Shown here piece after piece: positions 29,453 through 39,222 of a DNA stretch of 64,000 bases. Location: the NCBI GenBank assembly GCA_963716985.1, contig OY970323.1, forward strand, positions 1,888,001-1,952,000. Direction: 5' to 3'. Origin of the DNA: an uncultured bacterium (GTDB taxonomy: Bacteria; Chlamydiota; Chlamydiia; Chlamydiales; SM23-39). The notes under the pieces are model-generated. The model saw nothing but the letters and a program-made list of their open reading frames with translations, ran no database searches and was not told where the DNA came from. Numbering within the stretch: position 1 is the first letter of the stretch; each line of letters starts with the position of its first letter. The translations under genes were made by a program, and so were the position numbers.

Positions 29453-30959
29453 AAAAACCTTCACCTACCAAACAAGGCTCCCGATTCTTACCGAAAAAGA
29501 GGATCTTTTTCTATCTCAAACAGCAACTCTTCTCTCAAAAGTGGAAAGAACTCTTTTTGCAGATTTTTCCAAGGCCAAAAAACTCAACGATCTCAAATCC
29601 ATCTATCTTGAAAAATTTTCCATCACGGCAAGACAGTTCAATTCTTGCCGGATCTCTCTGGAAGGAAAAATCCGATCTTACCAAGAGGGACTGAAAGAAA
29701 GAATCTCTCTTTTGAAAACAAAAATCCAAAAACTGGAAAAGCATGTAAAAAGCTGCAAAGATCCCTCTAAAAAGCATCAAAAAAAGCGCAGGCTTTTCAT
29801 CTTGAAAACCACTCAAAAAAATCTGGAAAAAGATCAAGAAGAGGGAAAGGTCCGTATCTGTTTCGGGGGGAAGAATCTTTTTCATCAACAATTCCATCTC
29901 GAAGAAAATGGTTTTACTCAATTTTCCGAGTGGAAAAAGACCTGGCAAGAAAAAAGAAACAATCAGTTTTTCCTCATAGGATCCAAAGATGAAACAGCCG
30001 GCAATCAAAGCTGCCAACTGTCGAAAGAAGGAGGCCTCTTCACTCTCCACCTTCGTCTGCCCAATGGTTTTTCCGAAAAAACCCTTGCGATCAAGGGAAT
30101 CGATTTTTCCTACGGAAAAGAAGAGATCGAACAGGCTCTTGAAGAAAACGAAAAGAGAAGAAATCTCCGATTGGCAAAACAGCCCTATACAGATATTGGA
30201 AGAGCCCTCAACTATCGATTTTTAAAAGACAAAAAAGGCTGGAGGTTCTTCATCAGCCTAGAACAAAGATCTCCCGCAAAAAAAAGCAAAAATGCATTGG
30301 GTACGATCGGGATCGATATCAACGCCAATCATCTGGCCCTAGCAGAAACGGATCGATTCGGAAACATCATTGAAAAAAAGAGCATTCCCTGTTCCACCTA
30401 TGGCAAAAGCACAAACGCTCGTCTTGCCATTATCGGAGATGTCAGCAAAGAGATCGTAGAATATGCCCTTCAAAAAGAAAAACCCCTTGTTCTGGAAGAT
30501 CTGAACTTCCAAAAGAAAAAACAAACCCTGAGAGAATCCAATAACAAATATAGCCGGCTCCTCTCCTCTTTTTCCTACAGCCAAATCCTAAGCCACATAG
30601 AATCTAAAGCTTTTAGAGAGGGAATCGAAATCTACCATGTAAATCCCGCCTATACAACAATCATAGGAGAGGTAAAATTCACAAAAAGATATGGGCTGTC
30701 GAAACATCATGCGGCAGCTTTCGTCATCGCAAGACGAAAAGATGGTTTTTCAGAAAAGCCTCCTCGATATCTAGAAATAGATACAGAAAACTCCAAGTCC
30801 GCTTTTTCCCAACCCGTGTGGAAGACGGAAAAACACGTTTGGTGTTTTTATAGGGCGCTAAGTAAGAAGAAAAAAGCGGCACATGCAGTGCATTTACCGA
30901 CGAAAAGATCCTCAAAACAATTGAGAGACAGCCGGAAGGCTTCGGTAGATTATGGGTGA
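29433..30959 (+). CDS. tnpB: Long TnpB-family RuvC protein without a C-terminal zinc finger
   Basis: RuvC-I GIDIN, RuvC-II VLEDL, NPAYTTIIG, HHAAAFVIARR; overlaps the tnpA stop. Confidence 0.88.
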   Translation: MQQKDCKKTFTYQTRLPILTEKEDLFLSQTATLLSKVERTLFADFSKAKKLNDLKSIYLEKFSITARQFNSCRISLEGKIRSYQEGLKERISLLKTKIQKLEKHVKSCKDPSKKHQKKRRLFILKTTQKNLEKDQEEGKVRICFGGKNLFHQQFHLEENGFTQFSEWKKTWQEKRNNQFFLIGSKDETAGNQSCQLSKEGGLFTLHLRLPNGFSEKTLAIKGIDFSYGKEEIEQALEENEKRRNLRLAKQPYTDIGRALNYRFLKDKKGWRFFISLEQRSPAKKSKNALGTIGIDINANHLALAETDRFGNIIEKKSIPCSTYGKSTNARLAIIGDVSKEIVEYALQKEKPLVLEDLNFQKKKQTLRESNNKYSRLLSSFSYSQILSHIESKAFREGIEIYHVNPAYTTIIGEVKFTKRYGLSKHHAAAFVIARRKDGFSEKPPRYLEIDTENSKSAFSQPVWKTEKHVWCFYRALSKKKKAAHAVHLPTKRSSKQLRDSRKASVDYG

Positions 30960-31058
30960 AAAACCATACGCGAATCGCCAACAAAACTGCTTGGTTGGCG
31001 TATCAATGCAAATTTTTAAAATACCCGTATTTGCATAGATTTTTAGTAGCGGTTTAGA

Positions 31059-31131
31059 TGAGACTTGAAGGATTTGAACCTTCGACCTACTCCTTAAAAG
31101 GGAGTTGCTCTACCAGCTGAGCTAAAGTCTC
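31059..31131 (-). tRNA. tRNA-Lys(TTT)
   Basis: Revcomp GAGACTTTAGCTCAGCTGGTAGAGC...CT TTT AA...GGTTCAAATCCTTCAAGTCTCA. Confidence 0.93.
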
Positions 31132-31143
31132 TAAACATAAAAT

Positions 31144-31218
31144 TGACCCCAAGGGGATTCGAACCCCTGTTGACGGAATGAAAATCCGGTGTCCTAGACC
31201 TGGCTAGACGATGGGGCC
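31144..31218 (-). tRNA. tRNA-Glu(TTC)
   Basis: Revcomp GGCCCCATCGTCTAGCCAGGTCTAGGAC...TT TTC AT...GGTTCGAATCCCCTTGGGGTCA. Confidence 0.93.
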
Positions 31219-31219
31219 A

Positions 31220-31570
31220 TCATTCTATCGACAGAGCTGCCCTCATTCCTTTAGAGATGGAAGAGAAGCTCTGCTCCTTTATTGTTAAAGTTTACAAACG
31301 GGGGGTTAATTCCCCCTAGCAGTTACCTGCAATCTCCGGTTTCCCGGGTAAAGTTCCCCTCGCCAAAGTTATGGAACGGTTTTAAATGTTAGCGGCACTG
31401 GTTTAACCCGTACGCCTGTTTAACCACTAACCGCAGAGCTTGGAACTGATGCGGCATCCCAAGGTGCCTATATATTCGCTCCTAACGTAGTCTCAAACGT
31501 AGAGACTTAAGGCTGGCCAACTTCATGCTTGATTACGCAAGCATCTCCCTTCAGGGAGTGGTGATTGGCC
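31220..31570 (-). ncRNA. Stand-alone HEARO/IscB-type omegaRNA element (no iscB ORF)
   Basis: Revcomp GGCCAATCACCACTCCCTGAAGGGAG.TGCTTG...GTTGGCCAGCCTTAAG...CTACGTT...ATAGGCACC..GGATGC...CAGTTCC..GCTCTGCGG...TAAACAG...CAGTG...TAACTTTGGCGAGG...TTTACC, followed by a degenerate end hairpin. Confidence 0.85.
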
Positions 31571-31623
31571 TTTAGTTAAAAGACAGACTAATTTTAAACT
31601 CTTTCCTCTTTTCCCACAAGGAA

Positions 31624-32175
31624 TTAGATCTCAATGATCTCCTTTTCCTTGGAAGTGCAAATCGTATCGCTCTCCTTGCAGAACTGATCGGTCAGCTCTT
31701 GAATTTTCTTTTCGAGCCTCTTGACGCCATCTTCGGAAAGGTCCCCGCTCGATTTTTCCTTCTTCACCTGTTCATTGTATTTGCGTCGAATTTCTCGCAG
31801 CACAATCTTGGTATTCTCTGTTCTTTTTTTGCACTCTTTGACCATCTCTTTTCGAATCGACTCGTCCATCGGAGGAACAAGAACGCGCACCACATTGTGA
31901 TCTACTTGTGTCTGCACGTTGAGATTCGCACCATCAATGGCCTTCGCAATAGCATTGCAATTCTGGCGATCAAATGGCGTAATGACGATCTGTCTTGACT
32001 CGGGCACCGTGATATTGGCCAGACTCTTTAATGGCATAGGAGTATGATAGACATCGACTCGTACGTGATCCAAAATTGCAGGATTCGCACGTCCTGTTCT
32101 CAGAGTTTTTAGATCTTGCTTAAAATGCTCGATCGCCGCCTGCATGGCAGCCTTTGTTTCTTTCTCTATATCCAT
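31624..32175 (-). CDS. frr: Ribosome recycling factor
   Basis: LRTGRANP; operon context. Confidence 0.97.
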   Translation of the reverse strand: MDIEKETKAAMQAAIEHFKQDLKTLRTGRANPAILDHVRVDVYHTPMPLKSLANITVPESRQIVITPFDRQNCNAIAKAIDGANLNVQTQVDHNVVRVLVPPMDESIRKEMVKECKKRTENTKIVLREIRRKYNEQVKKEKSSGDLSEDGVKRLEKKIQELTDQFCKESDTICTSKEKEIIEI

Positions 32176-32176
32176 T

Positions 32177-32902
32177 TTATTCTCCCGAAACTAAGGTCCC
32201 TATTGTTTCTTTTGAAAGCACGCTCTTTAACGAGCCCTTCTTAAAGAGATTGAAGACATGTATGGGAAGCTGATGCTGCCGACAAAGCGCCACAGCCGTT
32301 GCATCCATAATTTTGAGCCCCTCATGCAGAAACTCACTATAGGAAATCTCCTGTTTCATCTGCGCGTCTTTATAACGCAGAGGGTCTTTGTCATAGATCC
32401 CATCTACTTTTGTGGCCTTCAATACGATTTCTGCACCCATTTCCAGAGCTCTGAGAACAGCCGCGGTATCGGTAGAAAAATAAGGATTGCCGGTTCCTCC
32501 GGAGAAAATCACTACATTGCCCTTTTCTAAATAGTCAATTGCTTTTTCCCAGGCATACCCTTCCACGATCGCATCGCAGGCAATCGCGCTCAAAATTTTG
32601 CAGGGGCAGCCCACCTTTTCTAAAGTCTCTCGCAGGGCCAAACTATTGATCACGGTGGCGAGCATCCCAATCTGATCAGCTACCACGCGCTTCAACCCAT
32701 ACGTATGGGCAGAAACCCCGCGGAGAATATTCCCGCCGCCAATCACAATGCCAATCTGGACACCTGATGCATGCACTTCGTGAATCGAAGTGATCATTTC
32801 TTTAAGCCAGGCAGCTTCCTGATTTTCAGGCTTTTGAAATCCGGTGATCACCTCGCCGGAGAGCTTGAGCAAGATCCGTTGATAGACTGCTTTCGAGCAC
32901 AT
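32177..32902 (-). CDS. pyrH: UMP kinase
   Basis: LLKLSGE, GGGNILRG, GTGNPYFSTD. Confidence 0.97.
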   Translation of the reverse strand: MCSKAVYQRILLKLSGEVITGFQKPENQEAAWLKEMITSIHEVHASGVQIGIVIGGGNILRGVSAHTYGLKRVVADQIGMLATVINSLALRETLEKVGCPCKILSAIACDAIVEGYAWEKAIDYLEKGNVVIFSGGTGNPYFSTDTAAVLRALEMGAEIVLKATKVDGIYDKDPLRYKDAQMKQEISYSEFLHEGLKIMDATAVALCRQHQLPIHVFNLFKKGSLKSVLSKETIGTLVSGE

Positions 32903-32908
32903 GCGGTT

Positions 32909-33766
32909 TTATGTACCTTCTCCGACTTTCCATCTCCAAAAAGAGATCAGCGCTAAAGGCTTTCCAATCTTTTTTGCGTGGCTTTCAACTAGCTGCTGAA
33001 CGGTCATTGTAGGATCCTTAACATATTTTTGTCGAAGAAGACACACTTGATCATAGAAGGATTGCATCTTGCCGGCGACAATTTTCTCAACAATATTCTC
33101 AGGTTTTCCTTTGATTTGGATCTTGGCAATCTCTTCTTCTTTTTTCACAAGCTCTTGCGGAACGTTTTCCGGATTCAGATAATCGGGACCTTCGGCTACG
33201 ACATGCATGGCGATGTTGCGCGCAAGTTCTGCTTGTCCCTTGTCTCCTCGCAAAACGACAATCGCAACAATTTTTCCATTCATATGGGAGTAAACGCCAT
33301 AAGACGCATCGGCCGCTTTTGCGATAATCTCCATGCGCTTGATTTGAATGTTTTCTCCAAAGCTTTGGATCAGAGTATTGCGATATTGATCGATCGAAGT
33401 CTTTGCATCCTTTGCGTAAGTTTTATGCAAAAAATGTTCCAGGGAAACGGGTTTGTGGTGCGCTGCAATTTCGCAGATTTCGTCGACAAATTTCTTAAAT
33501 TTCTCATTTTTCACTACAAAATCAGTTTCGGCATTGATCTCAACGAGCGCTAAAGTTTGAGGAGTTTCCGCAACCCCGATGATTCCTTCCCGGGTCTCTC
33601 TTCCCTCTTTTTTTACCGCGGAAGCAGCACCTGTCTTGCGGAGATATTCAATAGCTTTTTCCATATCTCCATTCGCGTGGACAAGAGCTTCCTTGCATTG
33701 GACCATCCCGACGCCGGCCCTCTCGCGCAGTTCTTTAATTTTTTCAGGAGTTATGTTTGCAGCCAT
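32909..33766 (-). CDS. tsf: Elongation factor Ts
   Basis: KELRERAGVGMVQCKEAL, EINAETDFV. Confidence 0.97.
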   Translation of the reverse strand: MAANITPEKIKELRERAGVGMVQCKEALVHANGDMEKAIEYLRKTGAASAVKKEGRETREGIIGVAETPQTLALVEINAETDFVVKNEKFKKFVDEICEIAAHHKPVSLEHFLHKTYAKDAKTSIDQYRNTLIQSFGENIQIKRMEIIAKAADASYGVYSHMNGKIVAIVVLRGDKGQAELARNIAMHVVAEGPDYLNPENVPQELVKKEEEIAKIQIKGKPENIVEKIVAGKMQSFYDQVCLLRQKYVKDPTMTVQQLVESHAKKIGKPLALISFWRWKVGEGT

Positions 33767-33768
33767 TT

Positions 33769-34566
33769 TTATTCTCCCTCTTTAGCGGATTCTTCTTCAA
33801 CAGGTTCGCCGTTATCTTTGGATTCGAATCCCTCTTCTTCAACGGGATTGATCGGAATGCGCAGCTCTTTTTTCTTTTCAATAATGGCGTCAACAAGCGC
33901 TCCTAAGATCATTTTGATGCTTTTTAACGAATCATCATTGCAAGCAATCACGTGATCGATCAGATCGGGATCTCCGTTGGTATCGACAAGAGCCATGATG
34001 GGGATGCCCAATTTTTTCGCCTCCAAAACGGCTGTTTTTTCATGTTCGGAATCTACAATCACGAGAAGGCCCGGAGTTTTTCTCATACCGCGAATGCCCG
34101 AGAGATTGCGCTCCAGCTTCAACTGTTCTTTAGAGAGCTGGGAAACCTCTTTCTTCGTCAATCCTTCTCCTCCTGCCGCAATCCGCTTTTCAATGCGCTC
34201 CAGCGTTTTGATCGATTGGCGGATCGTCGTAAGATTGGTCAACATTCCGCCCAGCCATCGTTCGCAAACGTAGAACTCGGCGCAAGATTCGGCCAGTTCG
34301 CGAATCACTACCTTTGCCTGCTTCTTCGTTCCAACAAATAAAATGGGCTTATGCTGAGTGACTACATCTTCCACTAGCTGAATCGCCGTTCGAATTTGCT
34401 GCATCGTCTTCGCAAGGTCGATGATATAGATCCCACCTCTTTCCTCGAAGATGAAACGCTTCATCTTAGGATTCCATCGGTGGCTCTGGTGGCCAAAATG
34501 GGCGCCGGCCGTAAGCAGATCTTTGATGGTTACTTTTAACTGAGTCTCTTTTTCTTTCGTTGCCAA
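33769..34566 (-). CDS. rpsB: 30S ribosomal protein S2
   Basis: AGAHFGHQ..RWNPKM, RWLGGMLTN. Confidence 0.98.
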   Translation of the reverse strand: MATKEKETQLKVTIKDLLTAGAHFGHQSHRWNPKMKRFIFEERGGIYIIDLAKTMQQIRTAIQLVEDVVTQHKPILFVGTKKQAKVVIRELAESCAEFYVCERWLGGMLTNLTTIRQSIKTLERIEKRIAAGGEGLTKKEVSQLSKEQLKLERNLSGIRGMRKTPGLLVIVDSEHEKTAVLEAKKLGIPIMALVDTNGDPDLIDHVIACNDDSLKSIKMILGALVDAIIEKKKELRIPINPVEEEGFESKDNGEPVEEESAKEGE

Positions 34567-34598
34567 TTGTACATTCCTTCTTCTTCATTGTGTTCAAA

Positions 34599-34669
34599 AG
34601 CGCCTGATCAGAATCGAACTGACACTCGTAGCTTGGAAGGCTACTGTTCTACCATTGAACTACAGGCGC
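34599..34669 (-). tRNA. tRNA-Gly(TCC)
   Basis: Revcomp GCGCCTGTAGTTCAATGGTAGAAC.GTAGC CT TCC AA GCTAC...GTTCGATTCTGATCAGGCGCT. Confidence 0.93.
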
Positions 34670-34768
34670 CCAATTAAATTTCGAAAGACCATTTTTACCG
34701 ATCATCCTGTTTTTTCCAAGGGAAATTTCGAGAAGGACATTTGCATTAAACACGGACAGATTATAAAA

Positions 34769-37700
34769 ATGTATATGAGCGAGACAAAAAGCTCCTCTTT
34801 TCCCATGCCCTTGATCAAATCAGCAACAAAGACCAACCGCGTTCTTCAAATGATTCTTTTATTGTTGATCGTGATTTTTTTGCGCATATGGCATCTTTGC
34901 GTTTTGCAAAAAGAAGAGCGTTTGAAAGAGTCGCTAAAGCCGCAAGTGCGCATGATCTCTCTTCCGGCCGCACGAGGGACCATCTCGGACCGCAACCTCA
35001 TGCCCCTTGCGGTCAACCATATCCGCTATGACGCTACTATTTATTATTCCCATATCCGCCAAATTCCATCGGTTGCATGGAAAAAGGGAGACAGTGGAGA
35101 GAAAATCAAGGCTTTTCCAAGAAAAGAATATATCAAAAAGCTGACGGAGTTTTTGGCAAAAGAGCTCGCTCTCAATGCCGAATATCTGGAAGATAGCATC
35201 CATGCAAAAGCCTCTCTTTTTCCCCATATTCCCTTCATCATCAAGGAAAACATCTCTGAAAAGGAATATTACAAACTCCACATGCTAGAGCGCCACTGGA
35301 CGGGCCTCCACGCCATCCTCTCGTTCGAGCGCTACTATCCAGGCGGTCCTGCCGCTTCCGACATCCTCGGATATCTTGGCGCCATCAGCGAAGAGGAGTA
35401 TTGGACCCTATCCGGAAAAATTCAGATGCTTCAATCATTTCTTGAAGATGAGGAAAACGGCGAAGATCCTCCTCTTCCCGAAGGATATCGAAATCGCGAA
35501 GAGATTCTTCAAGACCTGTCCTATCTGAAAGAGCGTGCGGCGTCTATGAACGACCTCGTGGGAAAGTCTGGCCTCGAAAAAAGATTTGAAGAGCACCTGC
35601 AAGGCTCTGCCGGAAAGAAAATTTTTGAAGTGGATATCAATGGAAATTTTCTTCACCAGCTCCCGCAAAGCAAAGAGGCCATACCTGGAAAACCTCTCAT
35701 TTGCAGTATATCTTTGGAATTGCAAAACTTTGCCGAAGCACTGCTCGCAGAAGAGGAAAAGAATCGGGAAGAGAATCGCTTTGTTTACGATCCCGTCCAA
35801 AAAAAGAGAGTGGTCCAAAAGCTGCCCCCCCTCAAGGGCGGATCGATTGTTGCGCTCAATCCCAACAACGGCGAGATCCTGGCCCTTGCCTCCTATCCTC
35901 GATTCAACCCCAATGATTTCATCCCCTCCTCCAACCCCTCCATTCGCCGAAAGAAACAAAAAAAAGTGCTTCACTGGCTCGAACATCCTTCCTACATTGC
36001 CAATCTGTGGGATGGCAAAGAAAAATTGAGCTATGAGCACTATAATCAAAAGAAAAAAAGTTTTACTTCGGAAGAAAGGGAGCTCTCATGGGACCTCTTT
36101 TGCGCAACGATCTTGCCATTAGAAAGCCCTCTTTTCTCCGCCCTGAATCGAATTGCAAATCTCCAAAATGCCGTCGCCATTCAAGAATCGGTGGAATCGC
36201 TTCTTTATTTTTCCGGCCAAAGAAATGCCGCCCATCTCTTCGATCTGCTCTTCGTCGAAGAAGAAGGACATCTGCCCACAGGACAACTACTCCCGGAGAG
36301 TGTAAAGCTGCATATTCTGCAAAATTTGCGCTATAACCTTCCCGACGTCATAGAACTGAAAAAAAGAATGCTTTCTTTCGTTGCAGATATTGCGGAAAAT
36401 CAAAATAAGCTCTTTTTGATCGACCTCTGCCGTCTTGTCGTCAATAGTCCCGCCTTTTCCAATGAGCTTTTGGACAAAGTGGGAGGACAAACATTGGGGG
36501 AATACTGGAATCTTTCCAAGGCAAAATGCATTTTGGAAGAGGAGATTGCAGAACCTGTTTTCTCCCTTTTTCACGACCTTTCCTTCAAACGTTGGCGAGA
36601 AAGCAATGAAAAGAGCTTTCTCAAACAAAAAAGAGATCTGGAAAAAAGAGAAAAAAAATATGCGCGGCCCTACATCGATTACCTAAATGAGCAAGAAAGG
36701 AAGCTTTTCGAGGCCTTTTGGAAGGAAAATCGACTCTCTCTCCTCCTTTTTCTCTTAAAAACAGAAACCATCGACAAACCCGAGCTTACTCCCTATTTTC
36801 AGCTTTTGCGCTCTCTTTCCCCCTCCTTTTCTTCGGAACCAACGGCTCTTTTAAAAAATGCTCTCTCTTCCCTTTCTATTCCCTTAAGCTATGAATATAT
36901 TCGCTCGGTGCGCTCCTTTCAAGAGCTCGACCGCTGTCTTCTCTTCCCCTACCCCTCCTTGACCAAAAACGAATGCGAAAAAGATCTGGCCTCTTCTTTT
37001 TACTATCCGCATAGCTATGGTGTCTCTTTTGGCTATCGCCATACAGCTCCTTTAGGATCGATCTTTAAAATAGTCACAGCCTATGCAGCCTTAAAAGAGA
37101 AGTATCAAACGCTGCCGGACCCCTCGCTATCGCTCTTAAACCCCTTTACCATGATCGAAGAGCTTTTTTACGATGCAAAATCAGATAAGAAAAATGGTTT
37201 ATTTTTGGGACGCGACCTTCGCGGAAAACCCTACCCCCAATATTATAAAGGAGGACGATTGCCCAAGAGCATCCATCGCAATGCGGGAACAATCGACCTT
37301 ACCTCTGCCCTCGAGCAATCTTCCAATCCCTATTTTTCCATCTTGGCCTCTGATTTTCTGGAAAGCCCCGACAACCTTCTTCGCGCATCAAAAGATTTTG
37401 GCTTCGGCGAAAAAACATCCATCGATCTTCCCGGAGAGTCCAGCGGCACTCTTCCTTCCGACCTCTTTGAAAACAAAACGGGCCTTTACTCTTTTGCCAT
37501 CGGCCAGCACACCTTCCTCGCAACTCCCCTGCAAACAGCCGTCATGCTATCGGCACTCGCCAATGGAGGAAAGATCTTAAAACCGCAAATCCTCAAAAAT
37601 GCGCCGCTAGAAATACAGAATGAAGTGTTTCTGCCCTCTTCCGTCCGCAAAATTCTTTTCGAAGCGATGGACAGAGTCGTCTGGGGAGAAAAAGGAACCG

Positions 37701-38017
37701 CAAGGGCCTCCCTCATCAAAAGGCTATCGCAGAATCCCTCTCTTCTCAAAGACTATAAAGATCTAGAGCATGCATTCATCGGCAAAACAAGCACAGCGGA
37801 ATTCACATTTAAGTCCGACCGTCTTCCCACGTCCAAAGCACAAAAATATAACGACATCTGGTTCGGAGCGATCAGCTTCGATCCAGAATCGTCTCAATGG
37901 GAAAAGCCCGAACTCGTCGTCGTGGTCTACCTGCGCTTTGGAGAGCATGGCAGAGATGCCGCTCCCCTCGCTGCACAAATGATCAAAAAATATCGAGAAC
38001 TCAATCAGAAAAATTAA
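34769..38017 (+). CDS. mrdA: Chlamydial-type long penicillin-binding protein 2
   Basis: RGTISDRN, GKSGLE, SxxK (GSIFK), SxN (SSN), GKTSTAE; start uncertain (34769-34805). Confidence 0.88.
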   Translation: MYMSETKSSSFPMPLIKSATKTNRVLQMILLLLIVIFLRIWHLCVLQKEERLKESLKPQVRMISLPAARGTISDRNLMPLAVNHIRYDATIYYSHIRQIPSVAWKKGDSGEKIKAFPRKEYIKKLTEFLAKELALNAEYLEDSIHAKASLFPHIPFIIKENISEKEYYKLHMLERHWTGLHAILSFERYYPGGPAASDILGYLGAISEEEYWTLSGKIQMLQSFLEDEENGEDPPLPEGYRNREEILQDLSYLKERAASMNDLVGKSGLEKRFEEHLQGSAGKKIFEVDINGNFLHQLPQSKEAIPGKPLICSISLELQNFAEALLAEEEKNREENRFVYDPVQKKRVVQKLPPLKGGSIVALNPNNGEILALASYPRFNPNDFIPSSNPSIRRKKQKKVLHWLEHPSYIANLWDGKEKLSYEHYNQKKKSFTSEERELSWDLFCATILPLESPLFSALNRIANLQNAVAIQESVESLLYFSGQRNAAHLFDLLFVEEEGHLPTGQLLPESVKLHILQNLRYNLPDVIELKKRMLSFVADIAENQNKLFLIDLCRLVVNSPAFSNELLDKVGGQTLGEYWNLSKAKCILEEEIAEPVFSLFHDLSFKRWRESNEKSFLKQKRDLEKREKKYARPYIDYLNEQERKLFEAFWKENRLSLLLFLLKTETIDKPELTPYFQLLRSLSPSFSSEPTALLKNALSSLSIPLSYEYIRSVRSFQELDRCLLFPYPSLTKNECEKDLASSFYYPHSYGVSFGYRHTAPLGSIFKIVTAYAALKEKYQTLPDPSLSLLNPFTMIEELFYDAKSDKKNGLFLGRDLRGKPYPQYYKGGRLPKSIHRNAGTIDLTSALEQSSNPYFSILASDFLESPDNLLRASKDFGFGEKTSIDLPGESSGTLPSDLFENKTGLYSFAIGQHTFLATPLQTAVMLSALANGGKILKPQILKNAPLEIQNEVFLPSSVRKILFEAMDRVVWGEKGTARASLIKRLSQNPSLLKDYKDLEHAFIGKTSTAEFTFKSDRLPTSKAQKYNDIWFGAISFDPESSQWEKPELVVVVYLRFGEHGRDAAPLAAQMIKKYRELNQKN

Positions 38018-38106
38018 GGAGGCCTTCTGAGAAACTATCCACCTGAATATTTAATTGAACGTTTGTGCCTAAAACCCTTTGTGCCAGTTGTTGTATCCGA
38101 GGCTCA

Positions 38107-38475
38107 ATGAACCGAGAAGATTTTTCTTTGAAAGCGATCGCCTTTGATTGCGACGGAGTTCTCATAGATAGTGAGCCTGCCCATTATTTGGCATGGAAAC
38201 AGGCTTTGCAAAACCAACGATATAACCTCTCAGTGGACGAATATTGTTGTCATGCCGGAAAATCGACGGAGGCTATCCTAAAATGAGTGGCTCTTAAAAC
38301 CCGATGTGGTGATCGATTCGATGAGATTCTCAGAGATAAAAGATCTTACTTCCATCAGTTGCAGAGCCAAGGACTGCCTCCGATTCAAACAACCATAGAC
38401 TTTGTGCATCGCTTATTCCTGGAAAAAGAGAAGCTTGCCTTGAAATTATGCGTTGTGTCCAGTGCTCGGCGGGAT
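38107..38475 (+). pseudogene. HAD-family phosphatase (beta-PGM-like) pseudogene
   Basis: AFDCDGVLIDSE motif; in-frame TGA at 38284; truncated after VVSS. Confidence 0.75.
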
Positions 38476-38477
38476 TT

Positions 38478-39222
38478 GAACTCATTGAAAAAGTTGCCTC
38501 TCATATTGGCACAAAAGCGCAGCTCATTGTTGGAATCACTTCTATGAGCCTAGTGCTCTGTCACCCTTTAATTTTAGGATAAATTGACTTGAGTTTATGC
38601 CGACCGTTGCCAAACTTATAATCCTAAATTTTAACTATGACAGAGCACTAGCTGATTCTTTAGAACTAATGAAAGCCGCGCACGCGGTTGATGCACGCGC
38701 AAGCATAGTGATCCCTTCTCTTTTCTTTTGGGCGACAATATTGTTGCCGTTCTAGATGCTCTGCTTTCTTCTACATGCGGCGATCTTTTGCTCTATAACA
38801 ATCCGGCCCTGACTGCCAACATTTCCTTGCCCATTGATCAGATGGCTCTATTTTTTGGGGAAAAACGCATAGTAGGTATTAAAGACTCTTCAGGTGATTT
38901 AGGTTATCTCGACCGTCTCATCCAGGCAAGAGGAGAGCGATCAATTTCTATTTTTTATGGGCGCGAACATAAGCTCAAAGAGGCGCTTGCGAGGCCGATT
39001 AACGGAATAGTGCCCGGGTTAGGAAATGTGGAACCGCAACTTCTTTGTAAACTTTGGGAAGAAAAAGAAGGAGGACCCTGGGAACGATGGGCGGAGCTCA
39101 AGGCGGAAGTTCAGACAATGCATCCGGTTTACCTCTCAGCTCTAAAGCTTCTATTAAAAGAGAAGGGAATCATTACAGATTCTAGATTATGGCAATCAAC
39201 TACCTACTGCACAAGGCAGTAG
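38478..39222 (+). pseudogene. DapA/DHDPS-family aldolase pseudogene (5' deleted, MITE insertion, frameshift)
   Basis: ...QLIVGITSMS|LADSLEL... is restored by MITE removal; LLYNNP and IVGIKDSSGD motifs. Confidence 0.78.
38554..38647. mobile_element. Third copy of the 94-bp CTAG-targeting MITE (inverted relative to the 6592 copies)
   Basis: CTAG at 38550-38553 and 38648-38651; reverse complement of 6592-6685. Confidence 0.93.

Larger units (their letters stand above)
28767..31052 (+). mobile_element. IS607-family element (tnpA serine recombinase + tnpB)
   Basis: GG at both junctions (28767-68, 31051-52), no TSD or TIR, AT-rich subterminal motifs (ATGCAAATTT, TTTGCATAG) at both ends. Confidence 0.88.

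Noticed and set aside
27763..31052. Possible IStron-like intron-IS607 chimera
   Set aside because: The intron and IS are on opposite strands, do not overlap, and each has its own complete boundaries separated by about 140 bp of host sequence.
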